Origin: a candidate division WOR-3 bacterium
Lineage (GTDB): Bacteria; Hydrothermota; Tepidihabitantia; Tepidihabitantales; JAOUPE01
Length of the DNA: 34,700 bases
Direction of reading: 5' to 3'
Assembly: GCA_039801565.1 (NCBI GenBank)
Contig: JBDRUX010000012.1
Coordinates: 1-34,700 of the forward strand
Both the position numbers and the translations under genes were made by a program. Of this stretch, positions 8,704-16,790 are shown one piece after another. Position 1 is the stretch's first letter, and each line of letters opens with the position of its first letter. Below the pieces are notes generated by a model. The model was not told where the DNA came from. It did no database searches and saw only the letters and a program-made list of their open reading frames with translations.

Positions 8704-10269
8704 GTGCCTGGTCAATATTTGCCAAGCACTTTATTTAAGGTTACTTACAACAATACGATTTTTTAATTTACCGCCATCTCATACTTAAACTTTTAAACCG
8801 ATTCCTCGTCTAATATATTAGATGGAGTTTCAGCTATGAGACAAGTTAGTTTTGTCGATTACCACATCGCTCAAACCATATCACCCAATGACCCAGTCAA
8901 ACTCGTCTTCGATGCCATCGACTGGCAGCCAATCCGAAAATTACTCCCCAATGAAAAATCTAAAGGAAAAAGAAGCACAAACCGTTATGACCGCCAAAGC
9001 ATGCTTAAAGCACTCCTCCTTATCCGCTACGCGAAGCATATAGCCTTCGTAATTTGACCAAAGCCCTCAAAGAAAAACTAAGATTCGCTTATCTCTGTGG
9101 TTTCTCTTTCAGCGAAACCCCTGCCCATAATACCTTCTCTATCTTCATCGAAAATGAACTCCTCAAAGATGATAAAATCCTTCAAATCTTCCATAGCCTC
9201 GTCGCCCAAATCTTTACCCTAGCTAAGATCCATCATATTGAGTTTGGTATCGACGGCACCCAGCTTTCGGCTCAACCAAATGACCCCGAAGCTAACTGGG
9301 GATTTAAAACCAAAACATTCTACTTCTTCGGTTATAAAGTTATCCTTTTAGTCAGCGTAAAAGATTCACCATTTCCGTTCGCCGTCGAAGTAGTTTCAGG
9401 TAACTAATCCGAGACCCCACAATTTTCTTCGGTGATTACTCAATTCCGACAATTCCATCCCAATGTGAAGGTAAAGAAAGTCTTTGGCGATGCTGCTTTC
9501 GATTCTAATGATAACTTCAAGCTTGTGATTGAGGAGTTAAAGGCAAAACCATTCATTGCAATAAATCAGCAGGGTAAGAAGAATCCGTTTATCACCGAAG
9601 AGATTTGTCTTGATGAATAGGGTCGGTTGTATTGTCTTGGTGGCCAAGAGTTAGTTTACTGGGGAGAAGAAAAGCGGCGGCAGCGGGTAAAGTATCGTTG
9701 TCCGATTGTGGTGGAAGGTGGTAATTGTCTTTTTGCACCGTTATGTAATCGTAGCCGGTATGGGCGTAGCTTCTATATTGGGAGGGGTACTGAATTTCGT
9801 GTTCTGGGTATTGCCTTAACTGGTAAGAGGCGTTGGCAAAAGGAGTATAGTCGGAAGCGGTCTAAATTGGAGGCGGAGAATGGGATTTTGAAGAACAATC
9901 GGGGTATGAAGAACTTTTATTTTCGGCGTAGGCGGAAGGTAAGATTTTATGCGATGCTCTGCTGTTTAGGTGAATTGGGTAAGCGGTTAGCTGAGATTCG
10001 AGCGAAGTGCGCAAGGTACCGGCGGGTAGCTTAATAAGATTTGATTTTTAAGTTCTGATAGATTTTGCATTCTGTGTGGTAGTATGGAGCGACCGTTAGG
10101 ATTTTGTTCTTTGACAAATTATTATGACCGCGTTTCTTAGGATTTAAGGCGCTAGAGTTTCTTCATGGGTCGTAATAGGTTTAATGGTTTGAGTCTTGAA
10201 CCAAATTGTCAAAGAGCGACCCTCAAAAGAGGATTAATCACCTAAAATACTCAATTATTGACCACGCAC
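8704..10269 (+). mobile_element. Insertion sequence (~1566 bp), IS1182/IS5-like DDE element, inactivated
   Basis: Terminal inverted repeats GTGCCTGGTCAATATTT (8704-8720) and AATTATTGACCACGCAC (10253-10269), 15/17 match, enclosing transposase fragments. Confidence 0.85.
8836..10034 (+). pseudogene. DDE transposase pseudogene (DUF772-type N-terminus, Cys-rich insert)
   Basis: YDRQSMLKALLL, LCGFSFSETPAHNTFS, GIDGT, DPEANWG, FFGYK, GDAAFDS, RSKLEAENGILK. Frameshift near 9040-9057 and in-frame stops at 9405-9407 and 9618-9620. Confidence 0.9.
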
Positions 10270-10274
10270 ATTTC

Positions 10275-10357
10275 TGCTAACGTCCCGGTGTAAAAGAAGT
10301 TCGGCAGAGCCGAATTTGGGAGGAACGAAGCGTAGTCTTTTACACCCTCTTATACGA
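10275..10357 (-). other. Integron attC recombination site (83 bp)
   Basis: Lies just after the cassette gene stop. Minus strand reads TCGTATAAG (R''), GGTGTAAAAGA...TCTTTTACACC inverted arms (10287-10297/10336-10346), GTTAGCA (R'). R'' is complementary to TTATACGA at the cassette start (11126-11133). Confidence 0.85.
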
Positions 10358-10383
10358 TTTGCTGGCAAATTTTTCATTACTGG

Positions 10384-11094
10384 CTACTCAGGTATAAAAA
10401 TTCCAATTAGAATTAGAATCCAGAAAATTCCACCTATTACTAAACACGCAATTTCTTTTCCTGTAAACTTTGGTCGAATTTCAAGCCCAGCTTGTTCCTT
10501 TTCCCAGAAATTGTTTAATGTTTTTTGGACCACTGCCAATAACCGTACATTTAATAAATTTATAATTATAATAATTATAAGAAGTACAAAATTAGTCGTA
10601 ACTGAAAGTTCTGTTACTGCTGCAACTTTTGACTTCCATATCTGCGAAGCAAGACTAAATGATACGTGATTCAGAAATATATAACCAAAAGTAATCAATC
10701 CAGGGGAAGAATAAGTTTTGCAATTTGATTGCCTCGCAAAATTTCGGATATTTCTAAATAGATCATAAATTAGGACAATGTGATAAATTGGTACAAATAG
10801 CCCCAATGTTCTCCATCCGGGACTTATTTTTAAGTTTTTATGAATTTTTAAGTGTTTCCAATTTCGATAAAACCAATAGATTCGGTAGAAATTGAAAGTA
10901 ACAATTGATAGAAGCATAAATCGCCACGGAGCTTGAGCATTTGAATATTGCTGCACTATTGATAGTACTCTCTGAGGCTCTACTAATGATTTGTTTAACC
11001 ACTCACCACAATGCTTACATTTCACTGCATCGGTTAGGATTTCTTCCGCACAAAATGGGCATTTCTTTGTCGTTGATTGATTTTCTTGGTTCAT
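10384..11094 (-). CDS. Zn-ribbon plus DUF4234/DUF4328-like membrane protein (integron cassette 1)
   Basis: KKCPFCAEEI...AVKCKHCGEWL; LLSIVTFNFYRIYWFYRNW; several TM helices. AT-rich and bounded by attI-like and attC sites. Confidence 0.85.
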   Translation of the reverse strand: MNQENQSTTKKCPFCAEEILTDAVKCKHCGEWLNKSLVEPQRVLSIVQQYSNAQAPWRFMLLSIVTFNFYRIYWFYRNWKHLKIHKNLKISPGWRTLGLFVPIYHIVLIYDLFRNIRNFARQSNCKTYSSPGLITFGYIFLNHVSFSLASQIWKSKVAAVTELSVTTNFVLLIIIIIINLLNVRLLAVVQKTLNNFWEKEQAGLEIRPKFTGKEIACLVIGGIFWILILIGIFIPE

Positions 11095-11125
11095 AGATTT
11101 TCCTCTTTCTTAATTTGCCGCCATT

Positions 11126-11215
11126 TCGTATAAATCGTTCAGGGGCGAAGTACCTCGCTTCTTATTCTGTTTTGGGAGTATAAACAAAATGTTTCGTTTA
11201 TATCGCCTCTGGCTG
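11126..11215 (-). other. Putative degenerate attI site
   Basis: Sits between the integrase remnant and cassette 1. Crossover-like AACGAT-TTATACGA (canonical G|TT altered) and inverted repeat TATAAAC (11179-11185)/GTTTATA (11196-11202). Confidence 0.55.
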
Positions 11216-11249
11216 AATTGCCCGAACTCCTCTTTTTTAATTACTTCAA

Positions 11250-11546
11250 TCATTCGGAACCTCCTTGATTCAACTCTAAATAGACTCTTTCGCCTTCAAA
11301 AACTTTTAAAATCTTTGCCAAAATTCCATTAGGATTTGAAAAACTCCAATATTTTTCTTCAGGGTGCCAATTATATCCCTTTATGATTTTAATCTTTTCG
11401 ATAAAGTTTAGGTTGTAAGGAAAAAAGACTAAAACCCGACCCGAACTCCATTTTAAAATCTTAATTACTGGCTGCAAATTATTGTTCATAATACCAATTT
11501 TATTATTCTTTAACCGACGATCAAGCAAACCGATATTCGAATCCAT
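11250..11546 (-). pseudogene. Remnant of an integron-associated tyrosine recombinase (N-terminal extension only)
   Basis: VFFPYNLNFIEKIKIIKGYNWHPEEKYWSF resembles the N-terminal extension of integrases co-oriented with their cassette arrays (recognised from memory). No catalytic R-H-R-Y domain. Directly upstream of attI-like site. Confidence 0.65.
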
Positions 11547-11717
11547 TCTTAATTTGCCATTTTTGGCATTATAATCATTTAAACCACCTTATCAACAGTT
11601 TTTTAGTTGGATATTGAATTAAGTAAGTAATTCCAATTGGATCCAATTCGATTCCGGCAATTTTTGAATTAATGAGACATCAAATTTTTTCCTTAAGTTT
11701 TATCACTGTCAAAATTT

Positions 11718-11756
11718 CAATTTTCTCTGTCACATTTTTTATTCTTTCGTCTAATA
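11718..11756 (+). repeat. Partial third copy of the TGTCACA...CGTCTAATA repeat head
   Basis: CAATTTTCTCTGTCACATTTTTTATTCTTTCGTCTAATA matches the first ~40 bp of the repeats at 13510 and 14767. Confidence 0.7.
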
Positions 11757-11832
11757 ATTGGCGGGGTTTGGATTTTTTCTTGGCTTTAGATTTTTGCGGA
11801 TTTTCTTCCTTGATTCCAAAATATGGGGGTTA

Positions 11833-13302
11833 TCAAATTAATAAAAGATATCGGAGCGGAATTTTGACGATTGATTTGTTGATTAATTCCAATTTTTTAC
11901 TGCCGAAGACAATACCGTATTTACCCTTTACCTTTTTTAAGGTGTTTTCAACCTGCTTAATCTCTTCTTTATTAAAACCGACTTCTACGACGATGTGGCA
12001 TCGGTCCTTGAGCGTCAAAATAAAATCCGCCCCGCCCTCAGCATAATCATAGGTGACCGATTCGAGATAAGGTTGAAAGTCCTTGGTAAAAAGTAATGAG
12101 CAATAATCTTCTAATAAACTGCCGCGATTTTCTGGTTTCTGAATACCACCGAGAATTGAATATCTTAAAGACGGTGAAAGAAATAGTGTCTTGGGTGCTT
12201 TTCTTACTCCGGTATAGGCTCTTCCGAAAGCATTGACTTTAGTAATGAGACCACTTTTCACTAAAACATCAATACCACTAACCACGGTCCGATAGTTCAT
12301 CTTTAGGGCGGATGCTAAATTTTCAAAGCTAATCTGATGGGAACTTGCCAGTAAAAATATCAGTTCTTCCAATTTGGAAAAGGTGGTAGATTTCAGTTCG
12401 GTAACAAAGGGGATATCTTTGAGAATTATATTGTTGATTAATGACCTTACTTTTTCGATTATCTTCTGTTCATTAGTTATTTTTAATCCGAAAGGAAATC
12501 CGCCAAAGTTGAGAAAATCGTCTTCAGCGCCGATTGGCAAGGAAACCCAAAACTGACTAACTTCTTTCTCTTTGGATTTGAGAAAGGCGAAAACATCGTC
12601 GGCATTTTCACTATTAGCCAATAACTTGATAAAATCATCGGCGAAGTTTAGTTTCGGGGATAAATCGTGTTTTAAGATAAGATATTCGGAAAATTTCAAA
12701 GGGAATAGTTCAGCAAACGAACTGCGTCGAACCAAATCCGGATTCATCTTTAGCCTTAAAGCCGATGAACCAGTAGCAATGACCAAGATATTTTTATGAC
12801 CTTTGGTTCGGTCAAAAACTGACTTAAGAAAAAGTCCCCAGTCGGTATCATATTGCACTTCGTCTAAAATAATTAAAAGTCTGCGGGGAATAGTCTCATA
12901 ATGAATTTTATGGTGTTCCTCAAAGAAATTGAAGAATTCGTTCAGCCTAATATTTTCTAACCGTAACCGACTGACATCGAGATAAATTTTTTCAAGGTCA
13001 AAAAAGTCTTTGCCAACTTCTTTCAAGAATTTTTCACTCTCCCGCGGATATTTCTCTAATAGGTAGAGTTGAGCCAATAGGGTAGTCTTACCGGTTCCCC
13101 TCAACCCAGTTAAAATATTTATTTTTTCGGTTTCATCCAATTGATTAGTGAGAAATTTTCTTAATAAGACTAAAAATTTTGAGAAGATATATCTTGTTCT
13201 TAATAATTTCTTGTCCTCATCATAAACATAACCCTCGACCACACTTTTTTCGGCAAATCGCCACTTTCGATAAAAGTCTTCAACCTGAGTTCTTTCCGCC
13301 AT
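11833..13302 (-). CDS. AAA_14 ATPase with DUF4143 / C-terminal nuclease-like domain
   Basis: Walker A GLRGTGKTT, Walker B IILDEVQ, ATGSS, GGFP, C-terminal ADF...VEV. ATG at 13302 (alternative TTG at 13311). Confidence 0.9.
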   Translation of the reverse strand: MAERTQVEDFYRKWRFAEKSVVEGYVYDEDKKLLRTRYIFSKFLVLLRKFLTNQLDETEKINILTGLRGTGKTTLLAQLYLLEKYPRESEKFLKEVGKDFFDLEKIYLDVSRLRLENIRLNEFFNFFEEHHKIHYETIPRRLLIILDEVQYDTDWGLFLKSVFDRTKGHKNILVIATGSSALRLKMNPDLVRRSSFAELFPLKFSEYLILKHDLSPKLNFADDFIKLLANSENADDVFAFLKSKEKEVSQFWVSLPIGAEDDFLNFGGFPFGLKITNEQKIIEKVRSLINNIILKDIPFVTELKSTTFSKLEELIFLLASSHQISFENLASALKMNYRTVVSGIDVLVKSGLITKVNAFGRAYTGVRKAPKTLFLSPSLRYSILGGIQKPENRGSLLEDYCSLLFTKDFQPYLESVTYDYAEGGADFILTLKDRCHIVVEVGFNKEEIKQVENTLKKVKGKYGIVFGSKKLELINKSIVKIPLRYLLLI

Positions 13303-13309
13303 AAGACTC

Positions 13310-13373
13310 AATTGTATTTAATTACAAACTAAAACACAATTTTAATTGTATCATAATACAAACTAATTGTCAA
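13310..13373 (-). promoter_or_regulatory. Sigma70 promoter with two palindromic operators
   Basis: TTGACA (13368-13373)-17-TACAAT (13345-13350). TTGTA-N6-TACAA at 13312-13327 and 13346-13361. Confidence 0.7.
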
Positions 13374-13509
13374 TAGTTCGTCTTGTTGGTGGTTCGGTAA
13401 TATTTTTGAGTTATTTTACCACAATTCATTAATGTTCCAGCCTTGTTTAAAATGGTAGATTGGGTTTCTCAATAGGCATCTTCGCGAAGTTTTGAACCTG
13501 TCAAGCTTG

Positions 13510-13650
13510 CAATTTCTCTGTCACATTTTTAAATTCTTCCATCTAATATGGGTGAGAATAAGAAAAATCGCTCTTTGAAAATTGGGAATAAAGCGAATAA
13601 CCCGAATGGTAACTGATGATACTAATATGACTTAGAACAGAAAATTGAAC
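13510..13650 (+). repeat. ~140-bp direct repeat, copy A
   Basis: Aligns with 14767-14908; identical 37-bp core GGTGAGAATAAGAAAAATCGCTCTTTGAAAATTGGGA. Confidence 0.9.
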
Positions 13651-13742
13651 CGCGGATAAACACGGATTGACACGGATGAACCATTTCTGTTGATACCGGC
13701 ACCTTGATTGACTTCTTTTCGCGTTTAGGTCAAATATATTGA

Positions 13743-14408
13743 CTATTTCAAAAGACTCTTAAATACTTTTGGTGTTTCGCTTAAAAAGTAGTCTTTAATT
13801 GTGTTCCAATTTGCCTTGACCAACATTTTGGGCATTGGGTCTTTTTCGGCATCAGCAAAATAAGTGAGACTTTTTAGAATATGGCTTAAATTGTAACCAG
13901 TCGCTCGGTATTTTTTGGTGAAAGCAAGTAAAAGTTTCTCAAGCGGGCAATGCCTCTGACAGATAAAGTACAAATCAACAAAATCCCTTTTCCGCCCACG
14001 GGTCGCAATCGCGTCAATCTTCATACAGCCAATATCCGTTAAACCAGCAACTTTTAGCCGTATCACCCCAAGATAAGTTTTGAAAAAAATCGAATCTTTT
14101 ATCGTCATTAGGTTTTTCGGTCTTTCCAAAAGTGGGTATGGATAACTTAAGAAATGGATACGAGTATTATTGAATTCACCATCTAAAGTATCCTCGCTTT
14201 TCTGTTCAAGTTTAAACCGACCCAACTGAACTAATTTGTTCATCAAGTTTTGGGGATGGAAACTTTTGGGCGTGAAAAAATCAAGGTCAACCGAGATTCG
14301 ATGATTCAACCATAGAGCACAGCCTGTGCCACCTGCCAAATAGAAATTTTTTAAAATCGGGATTTGACTCAATATCGCCAAATTCTTCGATAGTCTTTTT
14401 TCCAACAA
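13743..14408 (-). CDS. AbiEii/AbiGii-family nucleotidyltransferase (putative toxin)
   Basis: FYLAGGTGCALWLNHRISVDLDFF, MKIDAIATRGRKRDFVDLY, SLTYFADAE. Confidence 0.9.
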   Translation of the reverse strand: MLEKRLSKNLAILSQIPILKNFYLAGGTGCALWLNHRISVDLDFFTPKSFHPQNLMNKLVQLGRFKLEQKSEDTLDGEFNNTRIHFLSYPYPLLERPKNLMTIKDSIFFKTYLGVIRLKVAGLTDIGCMKIDAIATRGRKRDFVDLYFICQRHCPLEKLLLAFTKKYRATGYNLSHILKSLTYFADAEKDPMPKMLVKANWNTIKDYFLSETPKVFKSLLK

Positions 14409-14659
14409 TTGACTCTCCGTTTATCCAGATTAAAATAATTGACCCAAAAGTTGACACTGCGGGGTGAAAGCGCTCGAGCGTTCATTACTGTATATTTAAT
14501 ATTCTTAAGTGGATAAAATCGAAATAACCAACGAAGCGCTTTAATATCGCCATATTCCAAAATCCGCTCAATAATGTAAAACCAATATTTCTTAGGATTA
14601 ATCGCGCGGTAGTCAACCTCCCAAAAATATCTTGCCAGGCTTTTCGGAATTCTGGTCAT
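14369..14659 (-). CDS. DUF6922-type partner protein (putative antitoxin)
   Basis: YFWEVD...YIIERILEYGD...LSPRSVNFW. Overlaps the nucleotidyltransferase start; leaderless-type promoter upstream. Confidence 0.85.
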   Translation of the reverse strand: MTRIPKSLARYFWEVDYRAINPKKYWFYIIERILEYGDIKALRWLFRFYPLKNIKYTVMNARALSPRSVNFWVNYFNLDKRRVNCWKKDYRRIWRY

Positions 14660-14766
14660 CAAGATTAGTATACTATGTTTTCTTTATCGGTCAAGGGAGA
14701 TGGCATTGGAAAGGGTCAATAGGCTACGGTTTAGCCTAACTTCGGATTCGGTTAAATTGCTATCTT

Positions 14767-14908
14767 CAATTTTCCTTGTCACATTTTTAAATTCTGCCGT
14801 CTAATATTGGTGAGAATAAGAAAAATCGCTCTTTGAAAATTGGGAGTGATGCGAATGAATCGAATGATAACTAATGATACGAATGAGACTTAGACCAAAG
14901 AATTGAAC
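14767..14908 (+). repeat. ~140-bp direct repeat, copy B
   Basis: Aligns with 13510-13650; both copies are followed by CACGGAT-type short repeats. Confidence 0.9.
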
Positions 14909-15145
14909 GGCAGAGGATGTTGAGTTCATCGAGAAGAATTATAACCACGGATGGACACGGATAAGCGCTGATGAATTTACTCAAGACAAAATCGGCAAGA
15001 GATAACGAATACTCTCCATTCTCAGCTATCCTCGGCGGTTAAAATTTAATGGATAATCTGCCTAAAACCGGAAACGACAAGTCGCCCAGTAGCCCGGGAA
15101 GGCTGGGAAAGGTTGACGGGGATGGCAGGGAAAGGAGGTGTGATT

Positions 15146-15517
15146 ATGGCAGTGAGAAACGCCTACCGCCGAATCCAAAAATGGGAAGCCAACCTATCCG
15201 GCGATGCCCTCTCGACTAAAGTCGGACGACTAAAGGATATGATGAAATCACAAATCGAAGAGCTGTTCCCAGCCCTTGTCTCAATGGAAGACCGGGTAAA
15301 GACAGTCCTCGATGAAGAAGGAATCTCGACCACCCAATATCCATTTTATCTCAACTTCGGCAGGCAATGCTTCAAACTCGTGCGCGAATTTGCTGGTGCG
15401 ACGCTAATCAATCGGGCGAATATAGTGTTGCAGCGCTGGGTAGCGGATGGCTTTACCCAAGCAATCCTTGAACGGATTCGCGATGTCGTCTTCACCTTAG
15501 CCGCACCTGGTCCATAA
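15146..15517 (+). CDS. 123-aa helical protein resembling SIRV2-type (Adnaviria) major capsid protein
   Basis: Strong RBS AAGGAGGTG (15132-15140). RNAYRRIQKWEANL, VKTVLDEEGI...YLNFG and AGATLIN align colinearly with the SIRV2 MCP as I remember it. The gene call is firm; the family call is unverified. Confidence 0.7.
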   Translation: MAVRNAYRRIQKWEANLSGDALSTKVGRLKDMMKSQIEELFPALVSMEDRVKTVLDEEGISTTQYPFYLNFGRQCFKLVREFAGATLINRANIVLQRWVADGFTQAILERIRDVVFTLAAPGP

Positions 15518-15561
15518 GATTTTCGGCTCTTATGGTCTTCTAACCGGGAAGCGAAAGGGAA

Positions 15562-15602
15562 GCAGGCAAAGGGGGCAGGTAACTTGTGCCTGCCTCCTGC
15601 CT
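15562..15602. terminator. GC-rich hairpin between convergent capsid-like gene and rmuC
   Basis: CAGGCA..GGGGGCAGG / CCTGCCTCC TGCCTG inverted repeat; no clear U-tract. Confidence 0.5.
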
Positions 15603-15655
15603 GAGATTCACTTAACCTTGATTTTTTGAGCCCTTTAGGTAACTTGAAGGATAAA

Positions 15656-16759
15656 TCAGGAATTTGGTGTTTCGGGTAGGGCTTTGAGTTCTTTCTCTTG
15701 GGCAATTGCAACACTACCGAGTTTATCCTCTAATCTGCCCAAACGCTTTTCTGCCTCTTCGTATTTATTTCGAGCATTGATAATATGTTTGCCAATAGTT
15801 TCAAAATCTTCTTTGAATTTACCAAAGTCAATACTCAATCTTTGGAGATTAGTTAAAATCTCTTGCGCACTCTTTTCAATTTCTAAACCACGCAGACCCA
15901 AAAGAATTGCCTGGAGATAGGCAAAGAGGCTATTGGGTGAGACCGGGATAACCCTTTTCTGCAAGGCATAGGATGCAATGCTTTCTTCATTTTCGTCTTT
16001 GATAATTGTTTCATAATACACATTCTCGGCTGGGATATAAAGTAAAGCAAAGTCAAAGGTTCCCTCATCAGGCAAGATATACTTTCTTGCCACATCATCA
16101 ATATGTTTTTTGACATCGCGGGCAAATTGTTTGCGCAGGACTTTGCGGTTCTCGTCGGTTTCACATTCAAGCATCTTGCGAAAGTTATCCAGAGGGAACT
16201 TGGCATCAATTGGTGCCAGACGCGGTCCTAAAAATATGACTGCATCCACCTGCTCACCTGATTTGAAACGATGTTGGAGTTTGAAGTATTCTTGGGGCAA
16301 GATTTGACCCAATAACTCACCTAAAAACAACTCGCCTAAAATCCCTCGGGTTTTGGGGGCGCGTAAGATTTCCTGCAACTTGGCAATGTCTTTGCCAACA
16401 TCAAAAATTCGTTCTGATGCCTTAGCAAGTTCGCCTAAGTTTTGGCGCACATCCTGAATTACGCGGGCAGCGGTATCGAGCCTTGTGCCAATTTGACCAG
16501 TTGTCTCCTGCATCTGACGGGTAACCCCTAACAATTGCTGATTAAGTTGAGTAGTGAGTTGAGCGATTTGCTGATTGACCAGTTGCGTAGTATTGCTCAA
16601 ACTTTCGTCTACCTGCTGTCTTAATCCATCAATCTGCTGTTGCATCAGATTAAGGCTCTGATTATTCTTTAACTGGTCAAAGCCGGTTCGGACATAAAAG
16701 AAGAAAATAATTAAGATTACCCCGATGATAATTGTTGCCACCAATAAGCCAATCGTCAT
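15656..16759 (-). CDS. rmuC: DNA recombination protein RmuC
   Basis: N-terminal TM and coiled coil; RGILGE, PIDAKFPLDNF, KYILPDEGTFDFALLYIPAENVY, VSPNSL. Confidence 0.95.
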   Translation of the reverse strand: MTIGLLVATIIIGVILIIFFFYVRTGFDQLKNNQSLNLMQQQIDGLRQQVDESLSNTTQLVNQQIAQLTTQLNQQLLGVTRQMQETTGQIGTRLDTAARVIQDVRQNLGELAKASERIFDVGKDIAKLQEILRAPKTRGILGELFLGELLGQILPQEYFKLQHRFKSGEQVDAVIFLGPRLAPIDAKFPLDNFRKMLECETDENRKVLRKQFARDVKKHIDDVARKYILPDEGTFDFALLYIPAENVYYETIIKDENEESIASYALQKRVIPVSPNSLFAYLQAILLGLRGLEIEKSAQEILTNLQRLSIDFGKFKEDFETIGKHIINARNKYEEAEKRLGRLEDKLGSVAIAQEKELKALPETPNS

Positions 16760-16790
16760 ATCTTAAGTTATAACCAAATTAAAAGATAAA

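Noticed and set aside
8760..8784. TTAATTTACCGCCATCTCATAC resembles the cassette 1 start (TTAATTTGCCGCCATTTCGTAT)
   Set aside because: It lies inside the IS inverted repeats with no attC stem or following gene; treated as chance or an unresolvable relic.
13743..16759. Prophage or provirus around the capsid-like gene
   Set aside because: No replication, packaging, integrase or other structural genes nearby; neighbours are a TA-like pair and rmuC.
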